Positions 1 to 9,351 of a DNA stretch of 29,718 nt are shown here, one piece after another. Numbering within the stretch: the first letter of the stretch is position 1; every line of letters begins with the position of its first letter. Below the pieces are notes generated by a model. That model had not been told where the DNA came from, searched no databases, and was given only the letters and a program-made list of their open reading frames with translations. This DNA comes from Candidatus Eiseniibacteriota bacterium (GTDB lineage: Bacteria; Eisenbacteria; RBG-16-71-46; JABDJR01; JAWXBZ01), in the NCBI GenBank assembly GCA_034440375.1, contig JAWXBZ010000052.1, forward strand, positions 1-29,718. The letters are read 5' to 3'. The position numbers were made by a program, and so were the translations under genes.

Positions 1-3000
1 ACTTCGGTCACCGTGATGATGTTGATATCAGCCGGCGTCGGGTCGGTAACCGTGGCAAAAACCTCCACGTCTCCACCCGGAGCCACCTGCGCCCGGTCGA
101 TTGACAGGGCAGCCACCGTCGGAGCGACCCGGTCCAGAATCACATCGATCTGGCCCTGGTTGTTTTCCGACAGGTTGCTGGTGACGTTGCCTTCCGAATC
201 GGTCACTTCCACGTGAACGTGGTTGATCGCGTTCTGGTGAAGCAGGTGGTTGTCATCGAGACGAGCCGAGCACCACCAATACGGAACCGCGGGAATCTGG
301 ATCTGCGATTCGTCGTGGCGGGGATCGTTCGTCGTGATGAAGTCACTTCCGACCAGGTCGATCGTGAATTCATAGTCGTAGGTGAAGCCAGGCAACAGTT
401 CGATCAGCACCGTCCAGTGACCGTCGCCGGCCACCAGGTCGTCGCCCGTCACGCCATCGTCGTACATGGCGAAGGTGCGGCTGCTCGGACCGTCCGTATA
501 CCCGCTCACCGTGATGGTGACGTTCTCCACGCGGTCCGGATCGACCGTCGGGAAGTCCGTCAGGTAAAGGACCTTGTGGACCGGCTGAGGCGGATCAGCC
601 TCGAGCGGATTCTCCGTCATCATGCAGGTGTCGGAATCGGCACCGTTCAGATCAAACGTGTGATAGACGATCAGCTTGACCTGTTCGATGTTCAACTCAT
701 CGGTCGTCACGAAGAACTCGGCCCAGTCACCCGAAAGCTTGTTGACCTGGGTGCCGATCGGATCGTCGTTGTCGAAGCCGAGGCCCTGGCTGACACAGAG
801 TGCGTTGCCGGGCATGTTGTCATTCAGGTCGATATTGCCATCGTTGTCGATGTCATCGATACCGTGAATGACGAACTCGCTGCCTTCGATATCGTTGAAC
901 CGGATCTGGAAGCCTTCGGAGACAATCGACTCTTCGCAGCTCACGCCATTGGGCGAGAAAGCCGCTGAGATGTCGAAGTGGGTCGTGTTGTTGTTGTCAC
1001 GCGACGGGACTGTCCACTCGGCCGTAAAGGGCGCCGTGTCGTCGCAGTCGATCGTCACGTAAGTGGTGATGTTGTAATCGATCGTGACGGTCACCCCAGC
1101 CGGGATGGCCGCGCCGAACTCGATGACATCACCACCGCTCCGCAGCGTGTAATGGCGGTAGGTCTTGGCCGGGGTCGAGGCAAAGAGTGCCGGTGCGACC
1201 CAGATGCCTTCCTGACCGTTGCTGAAGAACACGGACTCGTTCAGCCCGTTGCCGCTGCCGGGGACAGCTTCTTCGTTCAGCTGGCCGGAAACGAATGGGA
1301 ACGTGGTGGAGATGCCGGTGACCACTTCGCCCTCGATACGTTCGGCATAGTAGAAGCAGACCGAACCGGGGAGCGAGGCATCACTGACACTGGCTGAGAG
1401 AATGATCACATCACCCACCTGGACTACCGAGACGGGTAGATTGGAGCCCAGGAAGAGCGCGGTGGCCGCCACCGAGGCGGAGTTGCGGTTGATCGAGAAG
1501 CGATACGGATTGATCGGCGCCATCGTCCGGTTGCCGTTGGCATCCAGTGCGCTGGCGTAGAACTCGTATTCACCGTCCGCCAGGGTCGTGATGTCCCAGA
1601 CGAACTCATACGGATAGACACTGTCGACAATGCCGACCGGCTGATACTCGATTGCCGGGAAGGCATCCTCGTCAATGCTGCGGTAGTAGATGTCGATTTC
1701 GAGAATTTCGGCCTGATCCTCGGCGGTAACGAGGAGGTACATCGGGCCGACAGTCAACGAGTCGAGGCAGAGAGCATTGAGCGTGCCGCGGAGAACCGTT
1801 TCGATATCGAGGCTGTCACCATTGATGACGGCCACGACCACGTCGGTTTCCGGACCCTTGTTGTCACCCACGACCACGCTGATCGGATCGGGATCGCAGT
1901 CGGTGTTGCCGTTCAAGTCCATCGCGATCGAGCGGAACAGAACGTTCGTTTCCGTTGCGAACATGATGTTGTGGAAGAGGAAAGGCACCGAGTACGGGGC
2001 GAAGTAATCATCGGGGCTCTGGCCGCCAAGATCACTTACCGCCGTGTCGCCGTCCTCGTCCGTCTTGCCGTCGCCGTCGTCGTCCAGATCGTTGTTCGGA
2101 TCTTCGGAGACCAGCGGGAAGAGGTTATTGAACTTGCTCGACGGGTCAGTCGGCGTATCGATGACGCCGTTGTCACCCTTCGACAGGAAGATGTCGCCTA
2201 CCGTGTAGGTGCAACTGTTGTCGACGTCGACGAAAATCTCGTCGATACCTTCGTCAAACTGCCAGTTGCAATTGAGGTCGGCGTACATGTCGTTGTCGTC
2301 GTTGACATCGATGTTCGTCCAGGTAACGCCGCCATTGACGCTGTACTGGAAGAGCACCTTCAGAAGGTCGGTGTCGTCCGAGGTGACGTTGAGATAGAAG
2401 AATGCGTTGTCACCCGAGACGTAATCGCCATCGATCGGAGCGTTGATGACCGACTTGTCCTGGTTGGTGATGGAGGTGATGTTGGCCTCGGGAATGTCCG
2501 AGTCGACCTCGACCGCGGCCACCGGAATCGGTGAGCCGGGCAGGTCGCTATCGGTATTGCCGAGATTGTCGGTGGCAACCGCGCGGACCAGGTAGTCACC
2601 ATTCAGGCCGGTGACATCCCACAAGGCCATCCAGACATCCGTCTGCTCAGGACCCGCATTCAGCGGGTTGTCCTGCATGACGTAGTCGTTGGCATCGTAG
2701 GTCCCGTACGGCAGAACGTCAGCGAGATACTCGTTCGGCGCGAAGAGTGTCAGCACGGCACCCGAAGGGGGCACGTCGTTGCCTGGCCCGTAGGAGAGGA
2801 TGAAGTCCGCCCCGTTGTAGACACCATCGTTGTTCAAATCGGCAATGATGGGGTCAATCGAGCTGTATCCGTTGTTGTCCGGATCCCAGAACCGAACCGT
2901 GCCGGCAAAGGCCGTGAAGTCAATATGAAGGGCCTGAGCTACCCGCTCGAATCGTGCGATGCCGGCACGGAGAGTGACGTCACCCTTTCGTTCGTCGGCC

Positions 3001-6000
3001 TCGTCACCCTGCGTGTCGATATGGATCCAGCTACCGGCGTCATTGGCCACACCGTCGCCATTCGTGTCCGCGTAGTACTGGAATTCAACTTGCGACACGG
3101 TGCGGTCGTGAATGAAGACCTGGGCGAACAGTGTGTCCACCGAGGCAATGCCGCAGGTATCGAGTGTGTTGACACCCGGTACCACCGGCTGGATGTAGGC
3201 ACGGAGCGCCGTGTTGTCCAGCGTGACCGTGAATACGCACGAGGTCAGCACCGAGGTGTTGCCTTCGATGTCGACCGCTACCGCCCGGACCTCGTAAGAG
3301 CCGGCCGCCAGCGTGCGGGTATCCCAGGTCACGGTGGTCTTGAGCGTATCCGGCCCGGTGATGATGACCGGGTGGTGGATGCCGCTCGGATCACGCAGGA
3401 AGCCATCCGCCGGTACGCCGGTGAGGCTCGCAAACGGAATCCAGCTGTTCAGACCGATCGGCGTGTATTCGAAGTAGACATGGATGACGTCGTTGGTCGC
3501 CGGATCACCATCGCCGTCGCTGAACCCGGCTGAAACGTCCACGGCCTGCTCAACCGGCACCGCAGCGCCGTCGGACAGGTCGTAGTCGCTGCCAATCTGG
3601 CAGATACAGGCGTACGGGGCCGTGCCGTCAATCACGATGACGCAGAGTTCCCAGTTGCGCGCGTCGTCGAGGCAAAGCTCACCGACCGGACCATTGCCCG
3701 GAGTCGGAGGATCATTGTTGAGGGACTGGGCCTCGGTGTTGCCATGCTCATCGACGGCGTAGGCGCGGAAGTAGAACGTATCCGAGTCTGCCGGCGGGGC
3801 ATTGGACAAGAGCGGGGCATCCCAGTACAGCGTGTACGGGAAGGACGGATCCGGGTTCGCCGGATTCGCCGGGAGGAAATCCCAGGTCATCGTGCCCGCG
3901 TTCCAGATCTGGAAGTAGACGTTCGCGATGTCCGATCCGGAAACCACGTCCGCCCTCAGGATGTACGGGCCCGGATGGGCACCCCTGTCAAACACCTGGA
4001 GGCCGGGTATGGCCGGTTTGACGTCGACGAACCCGTCAAACTCCGGAGCCGCGCCGGTACCCGGCGTGTCGGAGTTCTGGGCCGGCGGAATGCAGACAAC
4101 CGGCGCCACCGAATCGAGCGTGAAGCGGAATGGGACCGCCCAGTTCGGGTTGTGGTTGTAAGCCTGGTCCACCGCCACCGCGCGCATCCGGTACTCCGAC
4201 CCGTCGACCAGGCCGTACAGGGCCTTGATGCGGCTCAGGTCGATGTTCCGGTCGCCGCGATCGCGGTAGTTCCAATCGAAGTACTGGAAGGCGCCCGTGC
4301 TGACGAAGGGCAGGTTGCTCGGGCCGCCGATGCCGGAGGCAATGATGTTCCGGGCGCCAAAGGCGTACGCCCCGAAGACATCCTTGCCACCGCGCTGGGT
4401 AAAGGCCGTCGAAACATTGCCGATGGTGTCGGACGTCTTGTCCAGGTAGCTCATCAGCCAGCTTCCCGGCGTCGTGCCCGGGACATCGGTGGTCGGCTTG
4501 GTGCTCTTCGAACCGGCGTATTTGGCAAGTTCGGCCGGGTTCTCGAAGGCGCGGACGCCGATCTGACCGGAGCCTGAGTTCGGCGACGCGGTCAGCTGTG
4601 CGATGGTCTGGTGAACGCCGCTCAGGGTGATGAAGCCGACGGTACCGTCCTGCATACCGTCTTCGTCGTCGTCCAGGTTGGCGTTGTAGTTTTCGACTTC
4701 GCTGGCATTGTCCACCGTGCCGTCGCCATCATCGTCAACGTCGTTGTCGATGGATTCGTCGACGTTGAACCAGACGACCGCGTTGGTGAACGGGTTGAAG
4801 CGGAAGAAGGCATCGTTGTCGTTGTCGATGCCGTCGTTGGTCCGCCAGATTCCGTCCGGCGCAATCGCGAGCGCGTTCGCCGCGGCATCCGCCTGCGAGG
4901 CATCCACGACCTGGGGATCGCTGAAGTCGACACCTTCGCCGTCTTCATCGACCACGCCGTCTTCGTCGTCATCAATACCATTCGTCTTGACGTTGGCAAC
5001 GAAGAGGCCGGTCGTGTCGTAATCGTCGTCGATGTTCCGGATACCCGGGAAACCGACATCCGCCTTGTCACCGACCGGGTCGAACGAGAGGTACTTCCAC
5101 CCCGCGTCCGGCTCCGAGCTCGAGTTCGGCGAATCGTCGATCTGGACCGCCACGAAGATCACATCGTCGTCCGACAGGGTCGAATCGACAAAGTTGATGT
5201 ACGGGGTGGCCATGCCCGAGGGCAGCTCATACACATTGTCGCCCGGCGTGATGATGTTGCCGGCCGGGTACGAACTGGCTTCGGTCAGACTGTTCTGCTT
5301 CTCGAGGTAGCTGATCTCCGAAACCGTCGGGGCCAGCGCGTCGAGCGTTGCCGTAAAGACCGAGTCCGCCGCCGTGTTGGTCAGATGATCCAGCGACAGG
5401 TCGGTCGTGAACGACATCGTGGCGCGGTTGGCCTGGCCGGGGAGTTCACTGGACAGAAGGTCCAGCGACGCCTGGTTCAGGATGGCGTTGTCGAGGATTC
5501 GGATCGGAATGTTGACATCGTCCAGCGTGGCGAAGTTGTCGCCGCCGTCCGGGTCGGCCACCAGGGTGGCGTCATTCGGATCGATCCAGTACTCGACGTA
5601 GTACCAGCCGTGCTCCTGCGGATCATTGGCATCGAGGTTGCCGTCGCCAATGTCGTAGATCTTCGTCGTGTAACCGGTACCGGTGTAATCAACGAAGGTC
5701 TCGCCGCAGTTGTAAATGCCGTCGCCATTCTCGTCGACGTACGGCTCCGGATAGTCCTTGACGTTGTTGAAGGCGATGACGCTGTTGTCGAAACGGGTCG
5801 AACCGTTGTCGATCCAGTCATTGTCTTCGTCGTTCTTGTTGGCGCCCAGGCTGATGAAGACGACACTGTCCGACCCGGCCCGCGTGCTGAAACCGCGGAA
5901 ATCGGCGGACAGGGCCAGGAGGTCGCTCTTGTGGATGCCGCTTGTATTGAAGACCGGATCAGGCGCATCGGCGCTGTCCGTCGCGGCCCCGAGAACGCGA

Positions 6001-8456
6001 ACCGTGTCGCCCGGTGAATAGCGGCGCAGGCTGTTGAGCGGATCCCGGAAGGTGGATGCGTAAACGGCATCCTTGTCCATCAGATCATTGCGGATGGCCG
6101 TCGGCGACGAGAGGGTCGAATTCCCCGCCACCACATCCACCGCGACGATCCAGACAAAATCGTCGGTCGGCTGGCCGATCGAGAAGACGTTGAACACGCC
6201 CGTGACCGGGTTGGCCGGACCCGAGCCGAGGAGGACTGTCAGAGCCGCGTCGTCATAGACGCGGATCGAGTCGGCTCCGATGGCCGAACCGGCATCACCG
6301 AAGATGAAGTGCTCTTCGGGATTCCGATTGCCGATGATGTGAATCATGTCGGTGTCGGTGGTCTGCCCCGGAACCGGAACGCACCCATCGGTAAACGCAC
6401 CGATTGGGCCGCCCTGTGCGCCCGCCGGATTGATCTGGCCGGGGGCCATGACGAAGCAGACGCAGTCATGATCGCGCGGCGCCGGAACCGGGCCGGCTAC
6501 CAGGGCGCCTGAGAACAGGCACGAAGTGGTATTCAACGCGATGTTTCCGTCCGCGTCGACGGCACAGATACCGAGGTTGACGTTGTCGCCAAGCGCGATG
6601 AGCTGACCGTCCGAATAAAACGCGACCCCGGGGCTGATGTCATAGGTACCGATGACGATCTTGTTGAGATCAGCGGCGACCTGGTAGCCCGGGTTCGGGT
6701 TGGCGATGAACGCGGCGTTGTTCAAGTGCGTTTCGATATAGATACGGTCGACCGGCACATTCTTCCGCGTGAAGAGGAGGAAATAGGCCGAGTCGTCCAC
6801 GTCCACTTCGTTGAACGCGTAGTAAGCGGTGTCAGCGCCGCTGATACTTTGCGCGTCACGGAAGTAGGTCTGGTTTAGCACGAAGTGAAGCTGCCGCGGG
6901 GCGGAGTAGTCACGGATGGGATACGTGGCGCCCGCACCGGTGTAGGTGGCAAGATCACCGTTGCCCGACGGAAGGGTCGGGGGTGCGCCGGCGGTCAGGT
7001 TTGTGGCCGTGTCGAGCCCGATCCGGTCGCCCGGCTCCCAGTTATTCGCGACCGTGAAACCGGTGATGGTCAGGAGACTGTCGTTATCGATGTTGTCGGT
7101 GACGATCAATCCGGTTGGATCGAAGCCATAGAAATCAAAATCGGTGACGTCGGCGAACATTCCGATCATCGGTGTGTCGAAAAAGATCTCGATGATGTCG
7201 GTGGCCGGATCGGAATCACCGCCGTCCTGGAATCGGGCCAGGACGATGACCGGCGAGGCGAAGACGGCGAGGCTGTTGCCCGCCGGGTTCACATTGCCCT
7301 GGAAGTCGGTGATCGAGCCGGTGACCGTCACGGTTCCGGTGACCACTGCGCCGACGAGGCCGGTGAAATCAGACAGCGTCAGGATGTGATCGCCGTCATT
7401 GCTGCCGAGCACCGGGCTGGTGATCACCCAGCTGAAACCGAAATCGCCAACCTGCACCGATGCCGGATCGACGTCGTCGCTGAACACCATCGTGAGGATG
7501 TCGTCGTTCAGACCGGCAGTGTTCTTGTCGTTGTAACCGGCAGCCAGGAGATAGGGGCCGCGGTAGGTAGTGGATCCGGCGGTCGACGTGGTGACGTCGA
7601 TGGTGTGGAACGGCGCGGTTGTCGAAATGTCATTCGTACCGTCGCCGGAAGCGGCGAAGTCGCCGGCCAGCGCCCCGGCAATGACCCGGATCTTCGAGAT
7701 CGCGGCCAGCATCTTGCCGTGCGAGGTGGAACCTTCACCTTCCTGGTTCTGGAAGGTGATGTCGACGGCCTTGCCGCTCGAGCCACCCACGATCGCGGAG
7801 ATCAGGTTGGCCGCACCGGTTCCGAACTCGGCCATGACAAAGTCCTGGCGGGGGTCGGTGGTGGCCAGCAGGGCCGCGTCGAGTTCATGGGTGAAATAGA
7901 GTCGCAGCACGTCGGCGTTGGGCCGGCTGCTGAAGACGTCCGGGGTGATCTCGGCGCGGTAAATGGCCGGGCCGGTCCGGATCTGGATCAGCGACACGTC
8001 GCTGGAGACGCTGCCGTCGGCGCCGCTCAGGGCGTCCATGACGGCCACCTGGACTGAGTCGCCGTTGGCGTAGGCGGTCGTGAAACCGGTCATGACAACC
8101 AGGTTTCTTCCGATGCGGGCGATGGAGCCTCCGGCGATCCCGCCAACGTCACCGACGGCCAGGCCGCCGTTGAAATTGAAGTCGGCCGCCTGGACGCTGC
8201 CCGCATTCACATCTTCGGAGAAGATGATGAACAGCGAGTCGTTGGCGGCGCCGGCTGGAGCCGTCGCCCGATAGACGGCGTCGACAATCGACGGGCCGAG
8301 GAGCTTCGGAGCGCCGTCAGCCAGTTTGAAGGGTGCCAGTGGCCCCAACTGCGGCGACAACGGGGGAGGCGCCGCGCCCGCGAACGATGCCGCCATCAAA
8401 CACGCGGCCACGCTCACCCACGCGAACGTATAACCCAACCTGCCTCTCCAACTCAT
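1..8456 (-). CDS. Giant secreted acidic multidomain surface protein (>2,818 aa, 3' end beyond the left edge); Ig-like repeats, Asp-rich putative Ca-binding loops, choice-of-anchor-X-like motif
   Basis: Manual translation: SD AAGGAGG, then ATG at 8456, gives MSWRGRLGYTFAWVSVAACLMAASFAGA|APPP (Sec-type signal peptide). The same frame still reads open at the window edge (..ADINIITVTE). The ORF track has no minus-strand ORF in this frame anywhere in 1-8456, which is what a stop-free ORF running off the edge would give. Recurrent Yx(V/F)RAxAxDxxGN and DxxxDG motifs. Confidence 0.92.
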   Translation of the reverse strand, partial: MSWRGRLGYTFAWVSVAACLMAASFAGAAPPPLSPQLGPLAPFKLADGAPKLLGPSIVDAVYRATAPAGAANDSLFIIFSEDVNAGSVQAADFNFNGGLAVGDVGGIAGGSIARIGRNLVVMTGFTTAYANGDSVQVAVMDALSGADGSVSSDVSLIQIRTGPAIYRAEITPDVFSSRPNADVLRLYFTHELDAALLATTDPRQDFVMAEFGTGAANLISAIVGGSSGKAVDITFQNQEGEGSTSHGKMLAAISKIRVIAGALAGDFAASGDGTNDISTTAPFHTIDVTTSTAGSTTYRGPYLLAAGYNDKNTAGLNDDILTMVFSDDVDPASVQVGDFGFSWVITSPVLGSNDGDHILTLSDFTGLVGAVVTGTVTVTGSITDFQGNVNPAGNSLAVFASPVIVLARFQDGGDSDPATDIIEIFFDTPMIGMFADVTDFDFYGFDPTGLIVTDNIDNDSLLTITGFTVANNWEPGDRIGLDTATNLTAGAPPTLPSGNGDLATYTGAGATYPIRDYSAPRQLHFVLNQTYFRDAQSISGADTAYYAFNEVDVDDSAYFLLFTRKNVPVDRIYIETHLNNAAFIANPNPGYQVAADLNKIVIGTYDISPGVAFYSDGQLIALGDNVNLGICAVDADGNIALNTTSCLFSGALVAGPVPAPRDHDCVCFVMAPGQINPAGAQGGPIGAFTDGCVPVPGQTTDTDMIHIIGNRNPEEHFIFGDAGSAIGADSIRVYDDAALTVLLGSGPANPVTGVFNVFSIGQPTDDFVWIVAVDVVAGNSTLSSPTAIRNDLMDKDAVYASTFRDPLNSLRRYSPGDTVRVLGAATDSADAPDPVFNTSGIHKSDLLALSADFRGFSTRAGSDSVVFISLGANKNDEDNDWIDNGSTRFDNSVIAFNNVKDYPEPYVDENGDGIYNCGETFVDYTGTGYTTKIYDIGDGNLDANDPQEHGWYYVEYWIDPNDATLVADPDGGDNFATLDDVNIPIRILDNAILNQASLDLLSSELPGQANRATMSFTTDLSLDHLTNTAADSVFTATLDALAPTVSEISYLEKQNSLTEASSYPAGNIITPGDNVYELPSGMATPYINFVDSTLSDDDVIFVAVQIDDSPNSSSEPDAGWKYLSFDPVGDKADVGFPGIRNIDDDYDTTGLFVANVKTNGIDDDEDGVVDEDGEGVDFSDPQVVDASQADAAANALAIAPDGIWRTNDGIDNDNDAFFRFNPFTNAVVWFNVDESIDNDVDDDGDGTVDNASEVENYNANLDDDEDGMQDGTVGFITLSGVHQTIAQLTASPNSGSGQIGVRAFENPAELAKYAGSKSTKPTTDVPGTTPGSWLMSYLDKTSDTIGNVSTAFTQRGGKDVFGAYAFGARNIIASGIGGPSNLPFVSTGAFQYFDWNYRDRGDRNIDLSRIKALYGLVDGSEYRMRAVAVDQAYNHNPNWAVPFRFTLDSVAPVVCIPPAQNSDTPGTGAAPEFDGFVDVKPAIPGLQVFDRGAHPGPYILRADVVSGSDIANVYFQIWNAGTMTWDFLPANPANPDPSFPYTLYWDAPLLSNAPPADSDTFYFRAYAVDEHGNTEAQSLNNDPPTPGNGPVGELCLDDARNWELCVIVIDGTAPYACICQIGSDYDLSDGAAVPVEQAVDVSAGFSDGDGDPATNDVIHVYFEYTPIGLNSWIPFASLTGVPADGFLRDPSGIHHPVIITGPDTLKTTVTWDTRTLAAGSYEVRAVAVDIEGNTSVLTSCVFTVTLDNTALRAYIQPVVPGVNTLDTCGIASVDTLFAQVFIHDRTVSQVEFQYYADTNGDGVANDAGSWIHIDTQGDEADERKGDVTLRAGIARFERVAQALHIDFTAFAGTVRFWDPDNNGYSSIDPIIADLNNDGVYNGADFILSYGPGNDVPPSGAVLTLFAPNEYLADVLPYGTYDANDYVMQDNPLNAGPEQTDVWMALWDVTGLNGDYLVRAVATDNLGNTDSDLPGSPIPVAAVEVDSDIPEANITSITNQDKSVINAPIDGDYVSGDNAFFYLNVTSDDTDLLKVLFQYSVNGGVTWTNIDVNDDNDMYADLNCNWQFDEGIDEIFVDVDNSCTYTVGDIFLSKGDNGVIDTPTDPSSKFNNLFPLVSEDPNNDLDDDGDGKTDEDGDTAVSDLGGQSPDDYFAPYSVPFLFHNIMFATETNVLFRSIAMDLNGNTDCDPDPISVVVGDNKGPETDVVVAVINGDSLDIETVLRGTLNALCLDSLTVGPMYLLVTAEDQAEILEIDIYYRSIDEDAFPAIEYQPVGIVDSVYPYEFVWDITTLADGEYEFYASALDANGNRTMAPINPYRFSINRNSASVAATALFLGSNLPVSVVQVGDVIILSASVSDASLPGSVCFYYAERIEGEVVTGISTTFPFVSGQLNEEAVPGSGNGLNESVFFSNGQEGIWVAPALFASTPAKTYRHYTLRSGGDVIEFGAAIPAGVTVTIDYNITTYVTIDCDDTAPFTAEWTVPSRDNNNTTHFDISAAFSPNGVSCEESIVSEGFQIRFNDIEGSEFVIHGIDDIDNDGNIDLNDNMPGNALCVSQGLGFDNDDPIGTQVNKLSGDWAEFFVTTDELNIEQVKLIVYHTFDLNGADSDTCMMTENPLEADPPQPVHKVLYLTDFPTVDPDRVENVTITVSGYTDGPSSRTFAMYDDGVTGDDLVAGDGHWTVLIELLPGFTYDYEFTIDLVGSDFITTNDPRHDESQIQIPAVPYWWCSARLDDNHLLHQNAINHVHVEVTDSEGNVTSNLSENNQGQIDVILDRVAPTVAALSIDRAQVAPGGDVEVFATVTDPTPADINIITVTE

Positions 8457-9091
8457 GCGAAAACCCTCCTTTGCTGACACCCGACCCTCATTCGGACCCC
8501 CATCATCGCGATCTGTCATACCGGAACTGTGAATTTTCGCTGGCAGCGAAGTTGACACCTTCTGCAAGGGCAACACCGTTATCTCCTTCCTAGAAGGCGC
8601 CGGACGGCGCCGCCTCCACGTATCGAACAACTCGATCTTTCTATCTGCGTCTCTGTGCATCGACTGTCTTTCCGGACAAAAGAAAAATCTGCAGAACTCT
8701 CGTTCTCCGCTTCCGCCCTTTTAAGCCTCAAACTACTGGTCTTGCAGATCTCTCTGTCTGTTCACTCGAACTGTCTGGCCGTCTTCGATGCTCTTCCTGG
8801 TTGCGCTCCTCGATGGCCTTGCGTCGTCTGGCGTACTTCGGCGTGCGTTTTCAACGTGTGACTTACCGGGTGACGCACATCATTCGTTGCAGGCTGTACT
8901 TCCCCCGTAACCCGTCACTGTTTGGTCTTCAGTGCCGGGACTATTGCACACGTAGAAAAAACTCGTCAACTGGCTAATACGTTCCCCCGGTTTGAGAGGG
9001 TTACTCCGCTTGCTTGCTGGACTTAGTTGCCACGTTTGAAAGTGTCGGTTGAGGTGCGGCCCCCACGTCGCGCATTGGCAAAATCGCGCGT

Positions 9092-9121
9092 AAACTAGCA
9101 CGCCCTCAAAAGAAGTGTCAA
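9092..9121 (-). promoter_or_regulatory. Candidate sigma70 promoter for the giant surface protein gene
   Basis: Minus strand reads TTGACA (9121-9116), 18 nt, then TAGTTT (9097-9092) preceded by TGc (extended -10). AT-rich DNA lies upstream. Confidence 0.45.
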
Positions 9122-9318
9122 TTGCAATTCAGAAAGGACCTGGAACCGCATGGAAATGACTCCCCCACTTTCACTTGGCAGTTTTCGACTTCATTGGAGA
9201 TGCACTTGAGAGAAAAGATGTTTTGGGATTTTTTAACCCAAATCATTGCACCGCAATAACTAAGCACCGAAACTCGCCGGTCGGGATGTACCGATCCAGT
9301 GCCTGTTGACTAAAGGCT

Positions 9319-9346
9319 CCGGCCGGAAGCCAAGGCTTCCGGCCGG
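9319..9346 (-). terminator. GC-rich hairpin just downstream of tRNA-Lys (probable terminator or processing stem)
   Basis: Perfect 13-bp inverted repeat CCGGCCGGAAGCC-aa-GGCTTCCGGCCGG, 5 nt after the tRNA 3' end. The U-tract is weak. Confidence 0.65.
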
Positions 9347-9351
9347 TAGTT

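Noticed and set aside
13-8593. Numerous long + strand ORFs (e.g. 213-968, 3744-4577, 4611-6017, 6885-8057) and short minus-strand off-frame ORFs
   Set aside because: These are antisense or off-frame shadows of the giant minus-strand gene. Their V/R/D-rich or S/T/R-rich composition is what GC3-biased codons give when read in other frames, and they have no recognisable motifs.
8655-9101. Short ORFs 8655-8861 (+) and 8880-9101 (-) in the long intergenic region
   Set aside because: Non-ATG starts, no convincing SD, atypical codon usage and no protein-like motifs; treated as non-coding.
8457-9120. Possible known riboswitch (e.g. c-di-GMP) upstream of the surface protein gene
   Set aside because: I could not identify the consensus motifs by eye. 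An Rfam search is needed, so no call is made.
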